Positions 1-11,568 of a DNA stretch of 64,000 nucleotides are shown one piece after another. Source of the stretch: Paragordius varius. Taxonomy: Eukaryota; Animalia; Nematomorpha. The DNA is taken from positions 3,410,001 through 3,474,000 of the forward strand of contig OZ176051.1 of assembly GCA_964247055.1 (NCBI GenBank). Reading direction: 5' to 3'. A program made the translations under genes and the position numbers. The notes under the pieces are model-generated. The model saw nothing but the letters and a program-made list of their open reading frames with translations, had not been told where the DNA came from and searched no databases. The stretch's first letter is position 1, and the number at the start of each line of letters is the position of its first letter.

Positions 1-1329
1 AAAAATAATTGTTCATTTGATGATGCTTGAAAGGTTATATATATATGATATCCAATTACTCACACATGCTTACTGAAAGAAACAGTTTAAAAATCAAATC
101 AAATATGTATAAGTGTTCTTTAACTAAATAAATTGAATCAATATGATATTGACGGGAAATAACTGCAAAACTTTTAAGTTATTTTATTTTAAATTATGTT
201 AAATAAATTATAACATGAAACATTAATATTTTTTTATTTATATTCAATTGATAAATAAACAGTTTATATAAATATATTTTTTGTAATTTAATATGGCGCA
301 ATTGAGATAGCTTTAGTTTAAGAGGTTAAAATTTATCCATAATACATTTATTTATTTAATCATTACAGAAATTAATTTATATAAACATTTAGAAAATCCA
401 CCAAATACAAATAAATGAATATTTTTGGAAACCTGATATTATTTAAGTCGCATATGTATATAGAAAAAAAGGACAAAAAATGTAAGATATAGTTTAAAAC
501 AGTAGTGTATTCTTCCCTCGATAGAATTAACACTTTGGAAATGCAAAAATAAAAATATGCCAATATTATTAAATATCAGTTATTCATTTGTTTGTGGCTT
601 CATATTGTAATTTGATGCCCTGCTTATTGGTTCTCTCTTGATTGAGTTATAATGAACTCATATTCATTAAATAAAAACAATACAAAATGGACAATTTAAA
701 GCCTATTAATTGTTTTTGCTTTTTTTGCTTGTAAGGATACCCGACGTCGACTTTCTGCATTAATATGTTGGTTTTGTCATTTGATCTTTAATTTCTCAAA
801 TATGTATACCTTATTCTTTTACCATTCAACGGATTAAAAATCAGTATTAATAATAATTCATAAATTGTGATAATCTTTTCTTATTGTTTCGTCCTTTACA
901 TCTAATAATGTACTTTACTAATTACTTTAAAACAATAATTAATGTTTGACACTTCAGAACAATTGACTCCTAAAAATATTTGCAAATCATAATTTGATAT
1001 CTATACATAAATATCAATGTGACTTGCAGTCTCCCTATCAGATTAAATTATTAGTAAAATCCGATATCAATAAATATATCATTGTAAAGGAAATAAAGTA
1101 TAAAAACTGGTTGGTAATTTAAAACTTTTCTCCCACACAACTATCATATATATAAATATAAATATATGAGAAATATATTTATATTTAATAAATATATAGA
1201 TAATATTTAAAAAATCATTTATTAACTTTTAAATCAAAAATTTATCAACACTTTATTTCTTAGATTTTATTTCGAATTTCGTTAACTAATTTTTTAATTT
1301 CTCACCTGTGCCGTATAACAGCTCTTTAT

Positions 1330-3665
1330 ATGTACGATAATATACCAATTTTTAATATTACTGAAAACTGTTTTACCATGGAACCATTAAATAATATTTC
1401 CAATAAAATACCCAATATCATTAGTCCTCATGTAAAATTTGTTCAGAGTATTGATCACAGCGTAGATGATATAAATCACTGTCCATCGTCTGCGTTAAAA
1501 AATTTGAATGATTTAGAAACTATTTATCCTGGAATCTACGGACCTGCTCACAATTTTATTTCATACCCACCATTTTCTCCATTTTTGCCTCCCAGCCATA
1601 GCTACGGGAGTGAAAATATATTTTTGGGTAAATCTATATTTGATTTCCCTAACACTTTCCAACAGGAATCGTATTCTTCCAGCCCCTTTCTAAACTCTAA
1701 TATACATCCTCCAGAAGCAAAGGCATTAAGTTTCCTGGATAATTCCACGCCATCATCGAATATCGTATTAGACCCTATAAATTATTCTAATTTAGAAGGT
1801 ATGACTATCCCAGCAAAGCGAGAAATGATCGTGCTGGCGCAAGAAAACTCTCAACTACCTCAAAGCAATATTCCGGCCACTTTAGTTAGAAATGCCCCTC
1901 CACAAAAGGCAAAAAGTATTGACCCCGAAATAACAAACAATAACAACTGTCCCAATACAATATCATTGGAGATTTCTCAAATAAATCCCCAAATACAGTC
2001 AGGTGACCAAAATAATAATCCGAAAAAAGATATACATCCAGAGACCAGATCATCTCCCGAACAAATTAGTTTTGGTTTTACTCAAGATCAAATAGCATGT
2101 GTTTGTGAAGTTCTCCAACAGTCTGGAAATATAGAACGCTTAACAAGATTTCTTTGGTCTTTGCCGGTTGATTGCCCTCACCTACATAAAAATGAGAGCG
2201 TGCTAAAGGCCAAAGCTATCGTAGCTTTTCACACTGGGGATTACAAAACGCTTTATTCCATCATAGAATGCAATGAATTTTCCAGTCAAAATCACCCCAG
2301 ACTGCAGCAAATTTGGTTAAAAGCACATTACATTGAAGCAGAAAAGGCTAGGGGTGGAAGGGCTTTAGGAGCCGTTGGTAAATACCGGGTTCGGCGTAAA
2401 CATCCATTACCTCGTACTATTTGGGATGGTGAGGAGACAAGTTATTGTTTCAAGGAAAAATCTCGCGGCATTCTTAAAGAATCATACAAATTTAATCCAT
2501 ATCCTTCTCCAAGAGAAAAAAGGGAATTATCCGAGATAACCGGTCTTTCTTCCACCCAAGTTAGTAATTGGTTTAAGAACAGAAGACAGCGAGACCGAGC
2601 AGCTGAACTCAGAGAAAAGTAATTTTTTAGATTCCCCTTAAATAATTTCTTTAATAAAAATAAACGATATAAGGATATATGTGTATATATGTGTTTCTAA
2701 TATTTTATATTTTAAATAGGGATGGTATAAAATTTTCCGACGATGATTGCAGAAGCCCAGCATACTCTTCCAAAGATGAAGATTTTGCCGATAACATTTC
2801 AGACAAATTAGTTGGTATTCAGTCTCAACTGCCTCTACATTTGAATTATGCTAAAAAAGGCTTTGAATATAATAGCACTGGTAATACGTATATAAATAAC
2901 GAAACCAATATGCCCATTGACACTTACGGTCAACGTGAGAATGGTAAATTCGATGAGTGCATCGAAAACAACAGCGCATCTTTTATCGTAGCAAATAGTT
3001 CTAGTGTGAGTGATGATGCCGAAACTATTGATTATTCATACTCCAATGACTTTCCTGACGCATTGTCAAACGTACGTCCACATCAAACTAATCAATACAA
3101 AGGTCAGAGCGAAATGTATTTCCCTATATCGCATTTTGATTTGAATGGAACACAAACCCAAACACAATACAATATGACATGGAATGGGATAGATGTTTTA
3201 CAGCCTGAGACAAAACCCTTAAATAATAATAATAATACATCAGCGTTGTTAACAAACAATTTCGAACAAACAAACTCATCAAGTCTTGAAGAAGTGAGAT
3301 ACCCTTACACAGACGATACTACTGACCTTTCCCCTTTTTACACGGATAATCCTGGATTCATACTTTCTTCGTTGGCTCCAAAAATACCAGGGTTCCTTAA
3401 TACTGATTTTAATTCCGAATACTGTCATACCAATATGACTAATTATATTCATAACAATATCTATAACAATTTCAATAACAACAGCAGGAGTGAGGTTAAC
3501 ACTAATCCTATTACTAACACTATGTTCACCAAACCTGAATACGAAAAAATGAATGACGTAAATACTGAAACCACAATTATCCCTCGAACGACAAATCACG
3601 CCAAGACAGAAGGTGAAACGCATCTTGACTACCTTCCACTAAACAAAAGAATTAAATATTATTAA
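1330..3665 (+). CDS. Six1/2: Sine oculis-class homeobox protein Six1/2; exons 1330-2618 and 2720-3665, ~744 aa
   Basis: SIX domain ([32 protein letters not shown]...[22 protein letters not shown]) followed by a homeodomain starting ETSY, the Six1/2 diagnostic (Six3/6 QKTH, Six4/5 ETVY), and ending [11 protein letters not shown] 101-nt phase-2 intron GTAATT...AAATAG (2619-2719) joins the two ORFs in frame (AA|G = K, then DGIKF). Stop TAA at 3663-3665. Confidence 0.95.
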
Positions 3666-5072
3666 TTATTATTATAGCACAAATATATTTGTGGCATTTC
3701 TAATTTTTTTGTTATAAGTAATTATGATACTCACATTCATTCGATATTAGTGGCAATAATTGATTAATTTTATTAGAAAATAAATTTTTACGATCAAATT
3801 TGTTTATAATCTCTATACATCAAGATTATGGCCTTTAAGAAAATTGGTGGTTCAATAAAATTTGCATATAGTTTTATACAAAATATTGAAATTATACAGA
3901 CAAAAGGTAAAAACTAAAAGACAATTTTAAAGAAACAACCATATTTTTCTTACCTTGATTTTATTCAAACCTTATTGTATTGGGTTGCGAAACGGGGATA
4001 CGAGATGTAAATTAACAAGATTATATAATAACTATGAATGTTGTAGGACAAATCATAAAAAGTATGGTTGTCTTTTTGTAAAAAACTGTCTATTTATATG
4101 TCTGCATAATTTTAATTTTAACAGTATGCTTCTATCAAATGATTCTAACGAAGTTATGGATCAAGTTACTTCAAATAATTTGATCGAACAAATGAGATAT
4201 TTTAGTTTAGAATTGAAACCGTTAACCTTTGGAAACTTTGAAAACCAAAAGAAGAAATCAAAACGGTTTCAGAACGATAGAATCAAAATTGCTGTCACAA
4301 ATGGTTCTTGTTAATATTTTATTTTTTAATTGATCATGAATATGTAAAAACTTATCTGTAATTTTAATTTTATTTCTCATAACATTTTGATTGTTACATT
4401 TTTAAAGAAAAACTGCTTTAGCATATTTTTAAATTTATTTAACCATTTTTATCAACAATAATTAAATCGGAACAGGAACCGAAAATAGTTTTTATCAAAA
4501 AATATAGAAGAGAAACCATTTGGTCATGTACCCCTTTTTTTCTATCAAAATTGTATGAAAACTGAACCGCTTATAGCAAATTAAATTAGGACAAGTAAAC
4601 AAACGCATCTCAAAAACAAATTGTAAATTATTTTATGGTTCAATATTATGTGAGATGTGGAAGGACCAAATTATCTAGTTTGTTTGTCCAAATTAAAAAA
4701 TTTATTTTAAGCAAAATTATGGTGTACCGCATTTTAGGGTATTATGGAGCATGGTGAAAATATATTATAAAATATACGATCCGACAATGATTAACATTTC
4801 TATCACCTCAGAATTTCGATAATTTTAGTTCGTACACAGATTTAGCTATGCATAATAGTGCATACAAAAATATCCTGATGAATAATATTTGTTCTGATAG
4901 ATAAATGTACTAGAATTCTGATGGTGTCTTGGGTTTTGGGTTTTATGAATGATCAGAAAAAATATTTCACTTTAGTGGTGATTGATCCATATCGAAATAT
5001 CGCTAAATTCACTCCATGCTAAATAAAGTTATGGAAACTAAATGCTTCATTCCTAAAAATATCTGTTATATA

Positions 5073-7914
5073 TAAGGTGACCAGACGTCCCGCTTTTGGC
5101 GGGACAGTCCCGCTTTTTCACACTTTGTCCCGCGTCCCGCTGCGTTTTTAAAATGTCCCGCTTTTTCACGATTATATAAAAAGATTTTTTTTAAATACAT
5201 TTAAATTATTTATAAAAAATTTTTTTTTATCCGTTTAAATTTTTTATCATTAGTTATCTTTAAAATCTGTATCAATTTTTAATTCAAGTTTTTTATTTTT
5301 AAATTAAAAATATTTATTTTTTTCAAATTTATATCATATGATTATACACTTTGCTTCCTAATCCAACTGCCAACATTATCAAAAAGACAAATTAATATCA
5401 CAAATTGGTAGCTTATACGTTTACTCCAGAAAATTAAGGTAATATAATATTTTTTTATATTAATATTAGCGTAAATCTCGTGCTGCTACGCGGCCCGAGG
5501 AAGTTTTTTTTTTGGGGGGGGGGGGGGAAGGCTATTTGAAATAAGGGACAATAAAATGATCCACATATGTGGATTATTCGAAACATTATTTAATAGATAT
5601 GATTTTATAGGAATTTTAAAACGGAGCATTCATACTAATATATTGTTTAATAGGGCGAAAAATAGATTTAAAAAATTATTTTTGTGGAAAAAAATGGCAT
5701 TTTACGAAGGGAGCGGTTAAAAAGAGGGACTAAATCAAAAAAGCGAGACGACTATGTTCGGCGCTATCGAAAACAAGTAAATTGAATGATCCAACACTTT
5801 CTCCAGAAAATTGTCTCAAAGACAAGATTTTTGTGGACTTCTGTTTTCAAAAAAACCGTTTTTCACACGGGGTGGGCCCGAACTGGGGGCCTATTTCAAA
5901 AAAGGGCGAAGCTATTGTCGGGGCATTCATTAATGATTATATTTTTTCGAAGTTTGGATTTGAATGGGTCTACCGGTTTTCCGGTACCAGATCACAAAGC
6001 CAGCATTTTCCATTTTAGTAAATATATAGATAGTTTAAAATATGAATACAAAAAGAGGTTGTAAATTTAACGATGATTTAATGAAAGAATTTCCTTTTAT
6101 CAAAAAAACGAAGAATGAATCATTTGTTAAATGCTTTATGTGAGGGGTTCACCCTACCACATGGCGGTAAGCATGATATTACAAAGCATATGGACAGAAA
6201 CATAAAAAATGGTTAGATATGGCGGCATCATCTTACAAAATGAGCGATTTTTATCGTAAAACCGCTTTTGGAGAGGAAGAAAAGAATTTGGCACTAGCCC
6301 AAGGCGTTTTATCTTTTCACGCGTTAATCACAATCATTCCTTTAGATCTATGGATTGTACCTCACATGTTATTCGTGCCTAAAGGCTGAAGCCATTGTAT
6401 GCATTGTCCTTTCGCCACATGCATTTTCTGAATACAAAAAGAGCTGAAAATTAATTATGTATCAAATCGAAACAAAAATATTTCCCACGTTAATAAAATA
6501 TTTTGGTCCAGAAACCGGAGTAAAATTAAAATTTTACTTCTCTACCCGGTGCGAATTCCGACATAATTTTACTTCAATAATGAATATTTTAGAAAAAATA
6601 ATTTAAAAGACAAAATCATCGCATATTGCGGTGACAACACCAATACGAACTTCGGTGGAAACGCAAGGAGGAACAAAAAATAATTTTCAGTAATTAACAG
6701 ATAATCTTAATCAAAACATTATTGACGTTGGGTGTGTAGCGCATATAACACACAACGCTATTCAAACAGCTGCTGATTTGTTATCCCTAGATGTGGAAAA
6801 TGTAGTTGTTAAGGAATATTCCTATTTTTATATACACGGTACGCGTTGAAACGCTTAAGAATTTCTGTGCAAATGCAGAAGTTCAATATTAAAAAATGCT
6901 TGGATATTGTAAAACTCGTTGGTTTGCTCTTCTGCCAGCTATCGAAAGAATTCCTTTAAAATCCTATTTTTTTATTACAGGACAAATGTCCTACAACTTT
7001 GGAAATTTTTTGAAAGTGATTCTTCAATATGGTTAGAGTTCCTACATAATTAAGCTTCTCTTTTTCAAAATGTTATTAAATTCAATGAAGTTAGTAACCT
7101 AAAATTCCAATGTCAAGAAAGGTTATAAAATTATTTTATACCAGTAACCATCCGCCATATTATAAATAATTTAGAAAAACAAGGCTTAATAATCGCCAAG
7201 ATATCCTGTACCATTAAAAATGTTTTATACAAACTGTAAAGATTATTGGAAGACTGGACGGTGCAATTTAATGAAATTGATCATTTTCATTGGATAATAT
7301 TAAAACCAAAATTTAATTGGTGCGATGTTCAAAAATCATTTCTGCATCTCCCAAAAATTCCCAAAAAGTAACCTTTCAGAAAATATCTTTTTTCTAAAGT
7401 ATTATTAGTTATAAAATATATTAATAATGAAAAACTTAAATTATGGACAACAGAAAAAAATACAGTAGAAAAGAAATAGTTAGAAATATTTCATCATTTT
7501 GAAACAAACTATGTTCCATACAATATTTTAAAAATTGTAGAATTTGAATTATCTTTACGTGGAACCAACCTGCTACTGAGCGCGTTTTTTCCACAGTAAA
7601 TCAGATGTAGACATCGGAAAAATCAAATTTAAATGTTGAAAATTTACCATTTTATCTGTCAAATATAATTTGACAAATTCTTGTGAGGACTTTTACAATA
7701 TTTTATAAAATGATGAAAATCTGCTAAAACGCATTCACTCAAATAAAAAATATACCAAGGGATTAAATATTTTTTTATATTTATAATGTATTTGTGTTAA
7801 AAATAAATAAATACTACAATAAATTTTTTGTATAAAAATTTTTGGTTGTACACCTCATAACCCCCCCTTCTCAGATTTGTCCCGCTTTTTCCTTCAAAAA
7901 ATCTGGTCACTTTA
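5073..7914 (+). mobile_element. hAT-Blackjack-type DNA transposon with decayed transposase
   Basis: TIRs TAAGGTGACCAGA (5073) and TCTGGTCACTTTA (ends 7914), with a perfect 8-bp TSD GTTATATA on both sides. The left end (…GTGACCAGACGTCCCG…GGGACAGTCCCG) resembles MER81/MER94 Blackjack termini. Frameshifted transposase motifs at ~6100-7750: HNHSFRSMDC, IIAYCGDNTNTNFGG, GCVAHITHN (CxxH), KTRWFALLPAIERI, TERVFS. Confidence 0.92.
5466..6030 (-). mobile_element. Non-autonomous Helitron (family A), nested in the Blackjack element
   Basis: On the minus strand it starts A|TCTATATATTT (6030) and ends with a GC-rich hairpin (CTCG-GGCCGC-GTA-GCAGC-ACGAG) then CTAA|T (5466). No TSD. The body is homologous to the copies at 53262, 54089, 58024 and 61294. 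Confidence 0.85.
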
Positions 7915-8039
7915 GTTATATATATATTCTATGTGTAAAAAGCAAAACGATAATTTATAAAACAAATATATATGAGGGCCAAAATCCTAAATTTTTGTTC
8001 CCCCATAAAATGGGCTATCTCTAAAATTAATTGCGAAAA

Positions 8040-9830
8040 TACCCAAGATTTAGCAACAATTTTATATATTCTATATTATGGCATCAAAATATTTTTGAAA
8101 AAATGCATACATTGCGTATTAATTTTTATTAAATTTTGCTGTAATTCATGCTATTTTGAAGAATGATGAAAACGGTATGAAAACGCTTTAAGATATCATA
8201 AAAACATTTTTCTATATCACTGAGGCCAAAATCTAAGGGTATGAGAATTATCCTGATAAAATATACATGTTCTGATTGATAAATATATGAAACTTCTCAT
8301 AATACTTTTGGTTTTGGGCTAACGAGTAATATAAAAAAGTTATTTGCACTTTAGTGAATTAGTCGATATCGTAAAATCTCAAAATTAGCGCTTTTACAAT
8401 GTCTCAAAAGCATGCTGATGAAATATATATATTCTGAAAGAAACGTATTAAAATTATCATGGTGCTTGTGGTTCTGTCTCTTACAAGTTTTTCAAAAACT
8501 TTATATAGACTTTGGGGGCAACTGCATATTGAAAAAATGGCAAAATCACCATTTTGTCTAATGAAACTATTTTGGTGAAAACTCTATCGCTAAAATATAT
8601 CATAAACTACATATAAAGAGCAAAACAACATTTTATAATAGGCTAGGGTCTTGAATCTTTTGACCCGTCCACAATAGGCATGATCTCTTCAAATAAAGCC
8701 GAAAAGGCCGCGTGTGATCAAAATATTAAAAATATTTTGAATATTGCCATCAAGAATGTTTTTCTAGAAAATGGAAATGTTGTTTTAAAATTTAATTTAT
8801 CGCAAAGTTTTAAAGCGTACTTCTTACTATTTTAAAGGCATGATAGAAACGGTATTAAATCACCCTTAAAACACTTTTTCTATATATTTTGTTGATGTAT
8901 TTCTTTCACCATTTTATTTAAAAATTAGTTTGTCTTTAAATACAATAATTTTATTTAAAATAAATTTGAAGGAAAACAAACATTGTATTTAAATGTCTGA
9001 GGTGATAAATGTTTAGCATCATCGATTTATTAAAAAAGATGTTTTCATAATATCTTAAAGCGGGTGTACCGTTTCCATCATGCCTCAATATAGTTTTAAC
9101 TCTTCAAAGAAATTTTGTTAAAAATTAAATTTTTGAACAAATTGATTATTTTCAAAAATCAGTTATCGCAAAATATCGGTATTTTACCTGATTTCTAAGA
9201 GACTCGCCCATTTAAAAGGTACAAAAAATTTGAAATTTTGGAGCTCATATCTAAATATAGAGTTTTGTATTCATACCGTGATTTTTAAATATAGTATATC
9301 ATAAGTTTTAGCGATATTATTTAAAAGAAAGCACTTAGCTATTGCCAATTGATTTCATGTGCGGTGATTTTTCAATATTTTGATATCGAGCAATACCACG
9401 AATGGTAAATTACATCACCGTCAGGCCGAAAACCAATAGTAAAATGAGAATCCTGATATATTTTACTACTAGAAAATATAAATTTAATCAGTATATTTTT
9501 TATATCACCTGATTTACGGCAAATTTTGCGATTTTGCAATATGGAGCAACTAATAAAAAAGTATTTACATTAATAAATTATTTGTAAGGAAAAATCAAAA
9601 GCAATATTGATATTACATATCAGAATACTTATTTCATCAGAATATTTTTTAAACACCTTGATTTTTTGCACAGCGCAATATACATTTATTTGTCCGATTT
9701 ATTAAGAAATTATGCCCACGAAAGAGTTTATAAAAACGAATTTTTATCAAATCGGATATTTTTTAATAATTGTATTTACCTAAAAGTCTAAAGAATTCAT
9801 ATTTAAATTTAGCCCAATATCTTGAACACT
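8040..9830. repeat. Degenerate long inverted repeat (foldback-like), centre ~8950-8960
   Basis: Symmetric inverted matches: AGGCATGATAGAAACGGTA (8836-8854) with TACCGTTTCCATCATGCCT (9067-9085), ATCGCTAAAA (8586) with TTTTAGCGAT (9306), and weaker pairs at ~8415/9490, ~8250/9645 and ~8045/9825. Confidence 0.6.
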
Positions 9831-10639
9831 TTTCAAGATACTCGAATTTAACACTCCCTTACGTTTTGGCGTATATATACTAGAGTCGTATGAAATTTGA
9901 ATATGAAAAGTATTTAATGTATGAATTTAAAATTTAGTCTTTGATACCATTTTAGTAAATTGTAAATCCTCCAAATTTCGCTAATGCAATAGGCAAATAA
10001 AAGTATATTATAATAGATGTATATAATTAACTTTAAAAAGCTTTTAAACTATATTTTACTAGCAGAAACTTGATATATTCTTTAAATAACAAATGTTTGT
10101 TTAAATCGTGTTTTGGACCTAAGCCAATTGGCTCCACAAAATTTATAAGTTTTTTAACACATGGATACAAGACATTCATTTCAGTCCTCCGGCTCCAGTC
10201 ACAAATATTTTTGCTCTTTAAAACCGGCTAGTTCTTTTAAATAAACGCAATAGATTGCCCGATAAAATTTTAAAATATATGCTAAATTTGACATAATTAA
10301 TATATTGTATAAACAATGCATATTTATTACAAAAATTTAATTTTTATCAAACTTTTTCGGCATGATGAAAAAAACGCTTTTAGATATTATAAAAATTTTC
10401 TTTATAATTTAATGAGGCAGAACATTTCTATCACCATAGAATTATTAATAAAATAGTTTCTCCTTCAAATTTATGTTAAAATAAATTGCGTTATATGAAA
10501 ATTCATCAAAATTTGAAAACTAAAGCGATAGAAATGTTCAGTATCATCAAATTATATCGAAAAAGGATAGAACCAAAAGGGTTTTTATTTTCCATAATGC
10601 ATCCAAATAGTAAGAACTCAATATTTTCCTAAAAATTGA

Positions 10640-11050
10640 ATTTTCTAATGTTTATTTTGAAAAATATTTATTTATGATGTCAAAATTTAGCATATATTTA
10701 AAAATTTTATTGCAAAATTCTGGTATTTCTGCGATTATTATAAAATAACTAAATCGTTTTAGGAAAGCACAAAATTTTGGATCTTTAAAGGCCACATCTA
10801 AATATTATAAAAATATTTTTTTATAAGTATTTTATAATATATTTTAGGGATATTTTTTTAGAATGAAGCGAGTAGCTTTTATAAAAAATTATTACAAATA
10901 TAGTTAAATTTTGCCATTAATTGCCATGGAGCACTTAGCAAAATGTTAATAACTTGATTATATAACTTTTAAGGGCCAAAATAAGCACAATGATAATCCT
11001 GATTCTTTTTTCTATCAGAATATATTTATTTTAGCAAAATATTTTTTTCA
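10640..11050 (+). repeat. Old dispersed repeat; second copy at ~43180-43600
   Basis: Colinear blocks shared with ~43180-43600 (ATATTTTAG.GATAT, CACTTAGCA..A.TGTTAATAACTT, AAGCAC.ATGATAATCCTGAT). The ATCCTGAT motif recurs at ~4873, 8250 and 9450. Confidence 0.55.
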
Positions 11051-11515
11051 TGAGCCCCGATCAATGTTTAATATTTAAATCTTAAAAATGACTTTAAACT
11101 CTAGTTAATTTACATAATTGAGCTCTTGGATATAAACCCACCCTAAAATGTAAAGTAATACAAAAAAGTAATAAGGTGTAAAAATCGCCATATGGTACAA
11201 AAATACCCCAAAATAAAGTGGTCCAAACATTGTCACTTTGAGCAAGTCTAAAACTAATATTTTGTGAAAATATTGCTTTGCTTTTTAAATATAGTATATG
11301 ATACATAAAAATAATAATTTTGAAAATGAAGTATTTAACTTTCATAAAAAATATTATTTGACAAAATGTGCACTAATTTTGAGATTTTTGAAGGCATATC
11401 ACTTAAAAAATTGATAATATAATTTTGGTACCACTTGTAATCCAAAAACCAATATGGATATTAACATTTATCCATAAGAATAACAAGTATTTATACCGAG
11501 CGATTTTGCGCACTG

Positions 11516-11549
11516 TATAAAAGGGTTGAAAAATGCTTAAATTCACATT
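11516..11549 (+). promoter_or_regulatory. Candidate TATA box plus initiator for the BMP gene
   Basis: TATAAAAG at 11516-11523 with an Inr-like TCACATT ~29 nt downstream (11543-11549). This implies a TSS after the first ATG (11533) and favours ATG 11569, which begins a clean signal peptide. Confidence 0.45.
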
Positions 11550-11568
11550 TCACACATGCCCAGAGCAC

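Noticed and set aside
1295-1315. Minus-strand donor CAG|GTGAGA (also an E-box CACCTG) just upstream of the Six1/2 ATG, hinting at an antisense lncRNA
   Set aside because: A single short motif with no other support.
3279-3623. Antisense and alternative-frame ORFs overlapping real exons (also 11622-11873, 12778-13035, 22710-22919, 23334-23537, 28685-28882, 50519-50752 and others)
   Set aside because: Shadow ORFs of genuine coding exons, with no motifs of their own.
3955-4314. 119-aa ORF downstream of Six1/2
   Set aside because: No ATG, and it lies in an old dispersed repeat also seen near 52650-53220.
5782-6064. Short ORFs in Helitron copies (also 53445, 54673, 54747, 57338, 57994, 59022, 61303)
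   Set aside because: Frames are not conserved between copies and show no RepHel or host-gene motifs.
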